Position numbers and translations under genes: made by a program. A DNA stretch of 50,458 nucleotides from a virus (lineage: Duplodnaviria > Caudoviricetes), in the IMG/VR virus record IMGVR_UViG_3300045283_000155, positions 1-50,458 of that record; one strand, written 5' to 3'. Positions 9,817 through 17,936 of the stretch are shown here, piece after piece (positions within the stretch are counted from its first letter, which is position 1; each line of letters starts with the position of its first letter). Below the pieces are notes generated by a model that saw only the letters and a program-made list of their open reading frames with translations, was not told the origin of the DNA and ran no database searches.

Positions 9817-10104
9817 ATGAGTGTCGGATACGCAGCGGATAAAGGGTCGATCGACAGTCGCGCCGGTAACCTGGCGCAGGTTTTGCGGGACAACTTTACG
9901 AATATTCAAAGCTTCCAGAAATGGCTGCTGGCAACCCCCGACGCGAATTTCACCGCGCTCGGCTACACGACGCAGGAGATTGCCACACTCAAATCCGCGT
10001 ACGTCGATCTGAACAAGCTCGCGACCATCTACCTGGGCACGGCGACGCAAGCCACCGCGTACGACTTCACCCAGTTCGCGAAGCTACTCGTCGGCGTGTT
10101 CTAA
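9817..10104 (+). CDS. Hypothetical helical protein
   Basis: RBS GGAGG; coherent ORF. Confidence 0.55.
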   Translation: MSVGYAADKGSIDSRAGNLAQVLRDNFTNIQSFQKWLLATPDANFTALGYTTQEIATLKSAYVDLNKLATIYLGTATQATAYDFTQFAKLLVGVF

Positions 10105-10110
10105 CTTCCG

Positions 10111-10803
10111 ATGCCGACACCCGTTATCGGCACCGTAGAGACGGTTGTCTCCTCCACATCGAGTACGACAGCGCTCGCCTCTGCGACTAAGACGGTGGCT
10201 ACCGGCGACATTTTCATTGCCATTGCGTGCACGGAGGACGCCAACTCGACCATCGGCGTATTCACCGACTCGAACTCCCGCCTGACGTGGACGCAATACA
10301 AGACGCTTGGCACAGCGGGCAGCGACTGTTACGTGCGTCTGTCTTACGGCAAGGTCGCTTCGACCGGCACCACTGTCGTCTCATCGGGGACGTGCACCCT
10401 GGCCCGTTGGCATTCGATGACTATCTGGCAGATAACAGGTGCGCAACTGGACACTACGCCCGCGTTCATCAGCAACGCGAACGCCGGGACAGCACCAACA
10501 GCCAACATCACGACGACCGCCGCGAACTCGCTGGTCATCGTCGGGCACGCGGATTTCACCGCGATGGCCCCGGGCACGCCCGCCTACCGAAACGGTGGAG
10601 CGCAAGACGGTATCCACGACAAGTCAACCACCGTCTATGTCGCCTACTACTACCATGCGGCGGTCGCGTCGGCTTCTACGGTGGCGATGGGTCAGACCAC
10701 GCCGACCGGTCAACATCCGTCGATGCTCGCCATCGAAGTCAAAGACGTAGGCGGCGCGACGGTCGGGCTACCGGAGATCGTGCTGCGGCAACGCATCTGC
10801 TGA
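10111..10803 (+). CDS. Putative structural/adhesin-like beta protein
   Basis: Thr/Ser/Ala-rich; GDIFIAIA and ITTTAANSLVIV segments. Confidence 0.55.
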   Translation: MPTPVIGTVETVVSSTSSTTALASATKTVATGDIFIAIACTEDANSTIGVFTDSNSRLTWTQYKTLGTAGSDCYVRLSYGKVASTGTTVVSSGTCTLARWHSMTIWQITGAQLDTTPAFISNANAGTAPTANITTTAANSLVIVGHADFTAMAPGTPAYRNGGAQDGIHDKSTTVYVAYYYHAAVASASTVAMGQTTPTGQHPSMLAIEVKDVGGATVGLPEIVLRQRIC

Positions 10804-10819
10804 AAAGGAAGGGCGGGCC

Positions 10820-11593
10820 GTGTCGTCGTGGGTTAACCGGACAGTCCTATCAGGTGCGTCCATCTCCCAGAACGGCACCACCAGCCACACCTGCACATTC
10901 ACACCAGCGACCGCCGGTAACGCGCTATTGGCGGTGCTGGGGGCTGGGACACAGTTCACAACACCGACCGGCTGGACACTGTTCAGCGGCGGTGTTCAAG
11001 GCGGCTCCATGCTTGTTGTGTTCACGAAGACAGCCAGCGCCGCCGAGTCATCGTTCACGACAACCCACAACGGCTCGAACCCGCCAATACTCGGACTGGT
11101 TTACGAGTTCCTGGCTGGGACAACGTTCGGGGTCGCGACCGCGGTGGTGGCGCAGACCATCAACTTTCCGGTCACCGGCCCGCAATTAACGTCATTGACC
11201 GGCACCTACACCGGTTTCTCGGTACGCACCACCAACATGGGTCCGCACTCGAACTACCTTTCAACATGCGCGTGGACGACACCGCCCACCGTCGATTACG
11301 ACGGCTACAACCAGATAGTTAGCAGCCCCGGTGACACCTGCGGATTGACGATCGCATATGCGGATGGGCTGACCGGGTCGACGTTCAACCCGGACGCCAA
11401 CTATGCATCTCCCGGATCAGCGGCGGCTGGGGTCACGTTCACGGTGCTACCGGTCGCCGATTTCAGCATCAGCGGCCCCACCGCGACCCTTGTGGTCACC
11501 GCCCCTACGGGGTCGGTTGATGCGGGCGGCGGCAACGTCGGTGATGTGCAGCTTTCGCTAGTCGGCCATGTACGCCGAGTCAGAGGAGGATAG
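10820..11593 (+). CDS. Putative structural/adhesin-like beta protein ending in one copy of the 20-aa repeat
   Basis: FTPATAGNALLAV, TPTGWT; C-terminal FSISGPTATLVVTAPTGSV. Confidence 0.55.
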   Translation: MSSWVNRTVLSGASISQNGTTSHTCTFTPATAGNALLAVLGAGTQFTTPTGWTLFSGGVQGGSMLVVFTKTASAAESSFTTTHNGSNPPILGLVYEFLAGTTFGVATAVVAQTINFPVTGPQLTSLTGTYTGFSVRTTNMGPHSNYLSTCAWTTPPTVDYDGYNQIVSSPGDTCGLTIAYADGLTGSTFNPDANYASPGSAAAGVTFTVLPVADFSISGPTATLVVTAPTGSVDAGGGNVGDVQLSLVGHVRRVRGG

Positions 11594-12034
11594 GTGGCAC
11601 GTTTCTCAGCCGGTGGTCTCACCACCGCCGGATCCACGACCTTGCCGATCGCTGCCCTCGTAGCCGCCACCACCGTCCGGCCGCACATTTACGAGATCGG
11701 TGTTTTCAACGCCAGCGCCACCGCGGTCGCCCTGAAACTAGTTCGGATGACGACGGCGGGCACACCTGGTGCCACGTTGACGTCGTCGGATGTGAGCGAC
11801 CCCGAATCCTCCACAGTGTCCCTCGCCTTGCTGAAAAACACCTACAGCGTGACGGCGACCATGACCGACGCCGGGTTCCGCTGCCAGTTGGGTGCGGCGG
11901 TCGGTTCCGGGTTCGTGTTCACCTTCGGCTCCGAGGGTCTCATCGTTCCCGCTGTCGCTAACGCCGCTGTCGGGATTGTGGTGGAAAACGGCACCGGGCA
12001 AGCCTGCCAAGTTTATTACGCCTGGTGGGAGTGA
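11594..12034 (+). CDS. Putative structural protein
   Basis: RBS GGAGG; beta-rich; ends WWE. Confidence 0.5.
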   Translation: MARFSAGGLTTAGSTTLPIAALVAATTVRPHIYEIGVFNASATAVALKLVRMTTAGTPGATLTSSDVSDPESSTVSLALLKNTYSVTATMTDAGFRCQLGAAVGSGFVFTFGSEGLIVPAVANAAVGIVVENGTGQACQVYYAWWE

Positions 12035-12063
12035 CATTCGTTAACGAGTAGCGGGGAGCCGCT

Positions 12064-13215
12064 GTGGCAGCGCTGATCCGCTACGGAGTCCCACGAGACC
12101 GTGTCCCACCCGGGGCGACCAGCCGCCCAGTCGGCCCGATCGCCGCCGCGACCGCCATCTCCATCAACGCCCCTACCGCCACGGTGGTGTTGGCGGCCCG
12201 CACCGGCTCAGTCTCGGTAACCCTCCCCGGTGTTACGGCTGCGGTGGTTCTGGCTGCTCCGGCGGGTTCCGTCAGCGTCAGCATCAACGCCCCAACCGCG
12301 ACCGTTGTCCTCGCGGCACCAACAGGCACGATCGCTGTCACCTTGCCGGGCGTCACTGCGGCGGTGGTGTTCGCGGCACCGGTAGGCGGCTTCTCCACCC
12401 TCACCAACTTCTCCGCCAACGGCGTCACCGCCACCGTTGTGCTGGCTGCCCCGGCGGGGTCGGTATCGGTCACCCTCCCAGGCGCCACCGGCCAACTGGT
12501 CTTCGCCGCTCCCGCGGGCAAGGTTTCCGTCACCTTGCCGGGTGCGACCGCCACGATAGTATTGGCGGCGCCGGCTGGGGCCGTCGCGGTTACCCTCCCA
12601 GGACAAACCGCAACCTTGGTGCTGGCCGCCCCAGCCGGCACCATCAGCATCACCCTCCCCGGCGTTACGGGGACGGTCGTCTTCGCTGCACCGGCCGGGA
12701 ACTTCAGCACCGGTAGCTTTGTCAACATTCCTGGCGTCACTGCCACGATCGTGTTGGCGGCACCGTCCGGGGTTATCGCAGTCACCTTGCCCGGTGTTAC
12801 TGCGACCCTGGTTCTGGCCGCACCGACCGGGTCCGTTTCGGTCAACATTCCCGGTGTTACTGCCGCGGTTGTGCTGGCCGCACCCGCGGGCAAAGTGTCG
12901 GTCGGGATCAACGGGCCCACCGCCACGCTCGTGTTCCAAGCCAAGGCGGGCGGGTTCGCGGTCCCATTCCAAGCCCTCGGCGTCACCGCGGCGCTAGTCC
13001 TCGCCGCACCCGCCGGGTCGGTGCTGATCGCGCAGCTCGGCCGTGAGATCACCATCATCGCCGACCTCACCGCAACCCGGTACAGCGCCGACCTCACCGC
13101 CACCCGCTACACCGCCGACGCCTCGAGCAGCCGCTACAGCGCCGACGTCACCGCCTCGAGATACGGCTCCGACCAGACCAGCACCCGCTACGGGGCCGAC
13201 CTCAACGAACAGTAA
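12064..13215 (+). CDS. Repeat protein (14 x ~20-aa SVTLPGVTATVVLAAPAGSV, then 5 x 9-aa TATRYSADL), putative filament/fibre shaft
   Basis: Repeats counted in the translation. Confidence 0.75.
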   Translation: MAALIRYGVPRDRVPPGATSRPVGPIAAATAISINAPTATVVLAARTGSVSVTLPGVTAAVVLAAPAGSVSVSINAPTATVVLAAPTGTIAVTLPGVTAAVVFAAPVGGFSTLTNFSANGVTATVVLAAPAGSVSVTLPGATGQLVFAAPAGKVSVTLPGATATIVLAAPAGAVAVTLPGQTATLVLAAPAGTISITLPGVTGTVVFAAPAGNFSTGSFVNIPGVTATIVLAAPSGVIAVTLPGVTATLVLAAPTGSVSVNIPGVTAAVVLAAPAGKVSVGINGPTATLVFQAKAGGFAVPFQALGVTAALVLAAPAGSVLIAQLGREITIIADLTATRYSADLTATRYTADASSSRYSADVTASRYGSDQTSTRYGADLNEQ

Positions 13216-13225
13216 GGACACACCC

Positions 13226-13723
13226 TTGAGAAAACTCGTCGCCTTCGTCATGGCCCTCGCGGTGATGCTCGGCGTTGTCACCGCAACCGCGACAACCGCC
13301 TCCGCGTACACGGCTGTCCTCTATAGCTCAACCTACGGAAACGGTATCGGCGTCACTCGAGACGTGCCGTCTACTTACGGCTGGCACGCCGGCGACAGCA
13401 ACCACACCCTGAAGTTCCAAACCGACTGCAACCTAGTCGAATACTGGGGTACGCATGGCGCCTGGTGGGCGACCAACACGGTCACATCACTGCGGCCATG
13501 TCACTGGAAGCTTCAACAGGACGACAATCTAGTCATCTACCGGTCGAACGGGTCAGTGGCGTACGCGACCAACACGGTGCATAACGGCACCGAGGCGTTC
13601 GTGTTGCTCACCAACGGCTGCGTCAACATGTATCACCTAACCGGCGGATATGTGCACCCGGAGAGGCAGTTGGCTGGCACATTCGGCACTGACCTGACCA
13701 CCTGCGACGTGACGGTGGCGTGA
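13226..13723 (+). CDS. Secreted bulb-type (GNA-like) lectin-domain protein
   Basis: AAGGA RBS plus TTG start; Sec signal MRKLVAFVMALAVMLGVVTATATTASA; QxDxNxVxY motifs QTDCNLVEY and QQDDNLVIY. Confidence 0.8.
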   Translation: MRKLVAFVMALAVMLGVVTATATTASAYTAVLYSSTYGNGIGVTRDVPSTYGWHAGDSNHTLKFQTDCNLVEYWGTHGAWWATNTVTSLRPCHWKLQQDDNLVIYRSNGSVAYATNTVHNGTEAFVLLTNGCVNMYHLTGGYVHPERQLAGTFGTDLTTCDVTVA

Positions 13724-14055
13724 CGATGGCTGCGCAGGCAGGCAAAATCAACCGCTACTTCCGGGCCTTAGCTGATAAGGACATCTCCGGTGACGTGTTC
13801 GAATTCTCCCTGGATGAGGTCACCTGGGTCACCGGCACCTACGTCCCCGTCGGCTCCCTACCGCCCCGCCCGGCCGCTATTCATGCTGCTAACCCCGCCC
13901 CGTCCGGCTACACCGGCTACTGGTTCTCGGTGCTGACCGGCACCGGCTCGGGCCTGATCACGCAGCGCGGGAATGAAACGATGTACGGCAGGGCGACGGA
14001 CAGCCCGGAGTTACCGCATTTCGGTTGGTCGTTTCAGGTCGGCTGGTCCGACTGA
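13720..14055 (+). CDS. Hypothetical protein, possible fibre anchor/adaptor
   Basis: GTGA-coupled; ends ATDSPELP-like motif; last gene of the rightward block. Confidence 0.45.
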   Translation: MTMAAQAGKINRYFRALADKDISGDVFEFSLDEVTWVTGTYVPVGSLPPRPAAIHAANPAPSGYTGYWFSVLTGTGSGLITQRGNETMYGRATDSPELPHFGWSFQVGWSD

Positions 14056-14276
14056 TGTCTCCGGTCGATCATGTCGGCAAGTTCAACATTCGATTTGCCG
14101 TACGGCGGCCCGTCGGGCCAGACGACCTCAATGCGGGATCCGAAAACTGTGGAGCCGCCCCGCAGTAACGCAGCAACGACCCGCATCTCAGCGTGCCGTT
14201 CCTCTTCATGTTTACGGGTTTCTAGGATGGCCATCTGTACCTCTTCCGGCCACACCTCTAGCCCATTGGTTATCAC
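14034..14276 (-). CDS. Hypothetical protein
   Basis: Strong GGAGGAGG RBS on the minus strand. Confidence 0.55.
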   Translation of the reverse strand: MITNGLEVWPEEVQMAILETRKHEEERHAEMRVVAALLRGGSTVFGSRIEVVWPDGPPYGKSNVELADMIDRRHQSDQPT

Positions 14277-14335
14277 CGCGTACCTCCTCCCCCGACTAGA
14301 CTAGGGCTCGCCTTGGCGGGCATCACAGAACGGAA

Positions 14336-14359
14336 CGGCCCCCACTCTGGTGGGGGCCG
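14336..14359. terminator. Intrinsic terminator-like hairpin
   Basis: CGGCCCCCAC-TCTG-GTGGGGGCCG perfect 10-bp stem after the leftward operon. Confidence 0.7.
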
Positions 14360-14371
14360 ATTTCGTCGTCT

Positions 14372-14548
14372 CTACTTGCAGGCGATCCGCATGACCGCTA
14401 GGTCACCGCGGCCGATCGCCTCCATACACGCCCGACTGATCGACGTCTGATCCACCGCATGCCCCACCCGGAAACCGACCAGGGTGACAGCTACACCGAA
14501 CAGCAGTATCAGGCCGTAGATGAGGACAGCCCGCTGGGTTACGGTCAT
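14372..14548 (-). CDS. Small membrane protein
   Basis: One hydrophobic helix; ATGA-coupled. Confidence 0.55.
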   Translation of the reverse strand: MTVTQRAVLIYGLILLFGVAVTLVGFRVGHAVDQTSISRACMEAIGRGDLAVMRIACK

Positions 14549-15006
14549 GGTTTCCACTCCTCTTGATAGTCAGGATGGCCTAGGTAGGGGAGGGCGAGGA
14601 ACCGCACCGTGTCGCATGGTGCTATGACCCGGGCTGCCACATCCCAGTTCTCGGTGACACGGGCGGCGACGTTGGAGTCGGTGCATTGTCTGCACGCAGG
14701 TTGGCTGGGTGTGATCACCTGATCGTCGTAGCCAACGAGCGGGTATGACTCGTCGGTTGCCGCGTGGTCGGCGATGATCCGCCGTTTCGCGTCGCACTCA
14801 GCCAACACACGGGCCGGATCCCACCGGGCGATGTGCAGCGCATCCTCGTCCGGATCGAAGACATGAACTCCATTACCGGTCCAGCGGCCACCAGCCGTGG
14901 TGATTGATGTGGGGTAGTTCTCGTTATCGACGTGCCACGCCTCGCCGCCAGCTGCAGCGGCTTCGTCTTCGCTGATGCGGGCGAGCAGGAACTCAGCCAA
15001 CGTCAT
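14545..15006 (-). CDS. DUF6221-like protein
   Basis: LAEFLLARISEDE, HIARWDPARVLAECDAKRRII, LALPY..HPDYQEEW. Confidence 0.75.
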   Translation of the reverse strand: MTLAEFLLARISEDEAAAAGGEAWHVDNENYPTSITTAGGRWTGNGVHVFDPDEDALHIARWDPARVLAECDAKRRIIADHAATDESYPLVGYDDQVITPSQPACRQCTDSNVAARVTENWDVAARVIAPCDTVRFLALPYLGHPDYQEEWKP

Positions 15007-15190
15007 CGGAAGGCTCAAAGGCTGAGGTGAACGCTTGGGCCTCGTCACCGGTCAACTGTCTACCGGACGGAAGCGTGAGAGTGAACCCAGGACCGAAGGT
15101 GCAGCCTCGGAACATAGCTAGCACGAAGTCGTCATTTGACTCGATCGGCAGCTGAACGTCTGCAGTCTTAGGCTTGCGGCGGAACTTCAT
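14993..15190 (-). CDS. Hypothetical protein
   Basis: Overlapping chain of ORFs in the leftward operon. Confidence 0.45.
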   Translation of the reverse strand: MKFRRKPKTADVQLPIESNDDFVLAMFRGCTFGPGFTLTLPSGRQLTGDEAQAFTSAFEPSDDVG

Positions 15191-15374
15191 CGGTCAGCTC
15201 GATTCGTAGGTTCTGGTCGGCGAGTAGATGATCCGCCGCCGCGGGCCCAACCATCCGCACCAACTCCTGCCGCACCGCCTCCTCCTGCTGCGCGCACCAG
15301 CAGCCGGGTAGGTGCGGGTTGGAGCTGTGAATACCCCAGCGTTCATTCCCCGGGTACTGGTCTGGGGCTGTCAT
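15168..15374 (-). CDS. Hypothetical protein
   Basis: ATGA-coupled. Confidence 0.45.
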   Translation of the reverse strand: MTAPDQYPGNERWGIHSSNPHLPGCWCAQQEEAVRQELVRMVGPAAADHLLADQNLRIELTDEVPPQA

Positions 15375-15535
15375 GACGTGAGCCAAATCAGGGCGACGAC
15401 GACACCTGTTAGAACACCAACCCAGAGCGCCTTACTTCGGTGAATCGGCACCGCATGGGTGTAACGCGACAACACCCGATCCACGCCGAGTAGGGCGGCT
15501 GCGATAGCAAGGAGGGCGGGGACTGGGCTGGTCAT
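15371..15535 (-). CDS. 54-aa two-helix membrane protein
   Basis: MTSPVPALLAIAAALLG..ALWVGVLTGVVVALIWLTS; read by hand. Confidence 0.5.
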   Translation of the reverse strand: MTSPVPALLAIAAALLGVDRVLSRYTHAVPIHRSKALWVGVLTGVVVALIWLTS

Positions 15536-15575
15536 GACGGGCAGAGGAGGGCAGCTGCCGCGCCCTTAACGTGGG

Positions 15576-15965
15576 TCACTTTGCACGCTCCTGCCGATGT
15601 CCCCAATCCATCTGCCAACCGTCACAGGTCTCATCGCTGCAGTTGCAGGGGATCCCGTAGAGGCCCAGCTCGTGAAGCTGTTCGCCGGTCAGCCCGGAAC
15701 GTTCGGCGTAGCCCCGCTCGAACTCGTCAAGAGTCATCTGCTGGTCTGGTCTGGGCTCAAGCGCTTTGACACGACTTAGCGGTGAAAGGGACAGGTACAA
15801 GCATGCGTGACCGTCCCAGGCTTGGACGGCTGCTTGCGCTGCGTTCGTATCGTGCGACGCTTCCCATTCCGGGCCATACGTTTCGCTGTTCCATCCGCAG
15901 GAGCAGTAGGCCGTGTAATGGGTGCCGTAGCGGACGTCTAGTTCCAGTTGGTGGGTGGTTGTCAT
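15576..15965 (-). CDS. Hypothetical Cys/His-rich protein, first gene of the leftward operon
   Basis: CSCGW and CNC..C motifs; leaderless start below a promoter. Confidence 0.55.
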   Translation of the reverse strand: MTTTHQLELDVRYGTHYTAYCSCGWNSETYGPEWEASHDTNAAQAAVQAWDGHACLYLSLSPLSRVKALEPRPDQQMTLDEFERGYAERSGLTGEQLHELGLYGIPCNCSDETCDGWQMDWGHRQERAK

Positions 15966-15972
15966 AGCAGCA

Positions 15973-16002
15973 AACATATGCGCTCAGCGCATGCGGTGTC
16001 AA
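15973..16002 (-). promoter_or_regulatory. Leftward promoter TTGACA-N18-TATGTT containing operator ATGCGCTGAGCGCAT (15978-15992)
   Basis: Consensus boxes; ATG 7 nt downstream; palindrome in the spacer. Confidence 0.75.
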
Positions 16003-16099
16003 GGGGAAGACAGGCATGTCCCGGCTCGCTCAACCCGCAAAAGTCAGCCGAGCCGGGACACCCACACCCCAAAGGGGCAACCTGAGTAAACCAGCGATG

Positions 16100-16135
16100 T
16101 CAAGGGGAAGGAAACACACTAGGCACCGCCAGGGC
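16100..16135 (-). repeat. 36-bp imperfect direct repeat of the integrase 3' end (other copy 16552-16587)
   Basis: 30/36 identical; both read ALAVPSVFPSP-stop. Confidence 0.9.
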
Positions 16136-16178
16136 GCTCAGCGCATGCGATGTCAAGGGGAAGTACCAAAGATAGTGT

Positions 16179-16209
16179 TTGACACAACGTCCGTAGTGTG
16201 CAACACTAC
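16179..16209 (+). promoter_or_regulatory. Promoter TTGACA-N17-AACACT with palindrome GTAGTGT-GCA-ACACTAC over the -10 box
   Basis: ATG 6 nt after the -10 box; probable RHH operator. Confidence 0.6.
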
Positions 16210-16213
16210 AGGT

Positions 16214-16423
16214 ATGACAACGAGTAAGGTGATAGCCGAAGCTCGGCGGCTGGATGCGAAATGGCGCGAAGCGTTCGCGCGGCAGCAGGCAAACGACACG
16301 CCGCAGCGAGCACGGGCCGAAGCTGAGACTTGGAACGCACTGCGCGACGGCCGGGCATCTCTTGGGCTGTGTCTTGACCCGTATTGCTTCTACAACTATC
16401 CGTGCCCAGCGCACGATGCCTAG
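16214..16423 (+). CDS. Small hypothetical protein with Cys/His cluster
   Basis: Leaderless ATG; CLDPYCFYNYPCPAH. Confidence 0.55.
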   Translation: MTTSKVIAEARRLDAKWREAFARQQANDTPQRARAEAETWNALRDGRASLGLCLDPYCFYNYPCPAHDA

Positions 16424-16592
16424 GCCGGGTCCGCGGATGCCGCTCATCGGTATCCGCCTCGACCCCGAACTAGTCGCGAAGATTGATGAGGCGGCCGCCA
16501 TCGAGGGCAAGTCGCGGTCTGAAGTGGTGCGGGACATCCTCACCGAACGATTCACGGGGAAGGAAATACGGACGGCACCGCCAGGGCTGTGA
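16416..16592 (+). CDS. Ribbon-helix-helix (CopG-like) regulator
   Basis: IGIRLDPELVAKIDEAAAIEGKSRSEVVRDIL. Confidence 0.85.
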   Translation: MPRPGPRMPLIGIRLDPELVAKIDEAAAIEGKSRSEVVRDILTERFTGKEIRTAPPGL

Positions 16593-17409
16593 TCGCCTCC
16601 AGGAAACCGGCCGTCCCCGCCGAATCCAACTGCACATACCCCCTAGTTGTGTCCACCGACGAGTGTCCCATCACCTGCGCCACCAGAAACGGATCCCGCG
16701 TCCTCCCGTACAACGCTGTGCCGAACCGGTGCCGCAGGGTGTGCGCCGTGTGATCTATCCCCAAACTGTGCAAATGCTTGTTGATGCGTTCGGAGACACG
16801 ACCCGCGCTCGGTGCACCGGGGCCGCCGTCCATGCGTTGAAATAGTGGTCCGCGCCTCGGCATACCCGCCTCGAGCAGCTCCCCGAGCACCCGAGCCGGC
16901 AATGGCACGATTCGCACTTTGCCGCCTTTCCCGTAGATCCGCATCGCCGTCGGCGGGCCCATGTCGATCATCTCGCGGGTGAGTGCCGCTATCTCCATAC
17001 ACCGGAGTCCACAGAAGGCGGCGAGGCTGATCCAGGCCCGTTCCGGTTGCCCCGCGGTTTCGATTGCTAACGCAACGTCCCCGTCAGCCATCGGCCTCGG
17101 CAGGTGCTGGCGGATGTGCTGCGGCCGGACGAGGGCGATGGTCGGGTCGTCGCGGCGGTGCCTTGCGGTGGCCACCCACCGGATGTACTGCCCGACGTGA
17201 ACGACTTCGTTGTGCATGCTGGCGGCGGTCAGATGAAACAGTCCCATCTGCCATACCTCCAATTGTTCGCGGGTGAGGTGGGCGACGGGTTGGCCGATGA
17301 TGCGGCGGGCCCGCATGACGGCGAGGCGTCGTTCCCGGATATATCGGGGCCGTTGGTTACGGAGTCGTAGATGGTCGAGGTGCAGAGGCAGCAGTGGCTC
17401 TGAATCCAT
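16552..17409 (-). CDS. int: Tyrosine integrase/recombinase with no N-terminal arm-binding domain (285 aa)
   Basis: GLR, GKGGK, HTLRH, MGH and TRGY catalytic motifs; GGGAG RBS before ATG 17409. Confidence 0.93.
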   Translation of the reverse strand: MDSEPLLPLHLDHLRLRNQRPRYIRERRLAVMRARRIIGQPVAHLTREQLEVWQMGLFHLTAASMHNEVVHVGQYIRWVATARHRRDDPTIALVRPQHIRQHLPRPMADGDVALAIETAGQPERAWISLAAFCGLRCMEIAALTREMIDMGPPTAMRIYGKGGKVRIVPLPARVLGELLEAGMPRRGPLFQRMDGGPGAPSAGRVSERINKHLHSLGIDHTAHTLRHRFGTALYGRTRDPFLVAQVMGHSSVDTTRGYVQLDSAGTAGFLEAITALAVPSVFPSP

Positions 17410-17524
17410 CGAGGCAAGCTCCCGTGGTCGTCGTTGAGTTCCGGGCACTTTATGCGCTCCTCACATGCGCTGGCTACCGCTACTCGGCGGTAACATGTGA
17501 ACGGCATGTGGTCCAGGGCACGGA

Positions 17525-17565
17525 AAGGGGCGGACCTATTACTGCCCAGAGGTGGTCCGCCCCTT
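17525..17565. terminator. Stem-loop upstream of the integrase
   Basis: AAGGGGCGGACC-N17-GGTCCGCCCCTT 12-bp stem; weak U tail. Confidence 0.45.
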
Positions 17566-17634
17566 CCCCCTTATCCCCGGACCGGCCGGGGGGACTCGGC
17601 CCGGGGGGCTCATACCCGCCCCAGGGGTGATGCT

Positions 17635-17877
17635 CTAGACGATTTCTCGCTTGCGCTGAGCACCTAGCCGATCAAGTGCACGTTCGAATTGCACCCAAGC
17701 CCACGCGAGGGCAACCCCTGCCTGGGCCGCTTCTACGAATGGCTCAGAGCCTGCGAGGTCTACTGGCAGCTCTACGGTCACACTCTGAGGAGCGTTCATA
17801 GTTGGATCCTGTGTTGCTTCATCTCGCGCGAATGCCAGCAGTTGCATAGCCATGTGCCGTCGAACGACGCGTGCCAA
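17635..17877 (-). CDS. Hypothetical protein between repressor and integrase
   Basis: ORF fills the gap; start uncertain. Confidence 0.35.
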   Translation of the reverse strand: MARVVRRHMAMQLLAFARDEATQDPTMNAPQSVTVELPVDLAGSEPFVEAAQAGVALAWAWVQFERALDRLGAQRKREIV

Positions 17878-17936
17878 AGCCAGAAACGTGGGAAGCTCAA
17901 GAAGCTCCGATGTGCAGTCATTTGGGCCCCGTCTCT

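Noticed and set aside
12081-13103. 340-aa antisense ORF and other long shadow ORFs
   Set aside because: Mirror of a repetitive high-GC gene with few antisense stops; no RBS or motif support
16100-16555. 151-aa minus-strand ORF ending in the integrase C-terminal peptide
   Set aside because: Lies antisense to the better supported promoter-ORF-RHH cassette; only its last codons are informative, although its start does overlap the int stop
14372-17409. Integron cassette array beside a tyrosine recombinase
   Set aside because: Genes overlap in an operon, no attC-like sites seen, and the integrase lacks an IntI-type insertion
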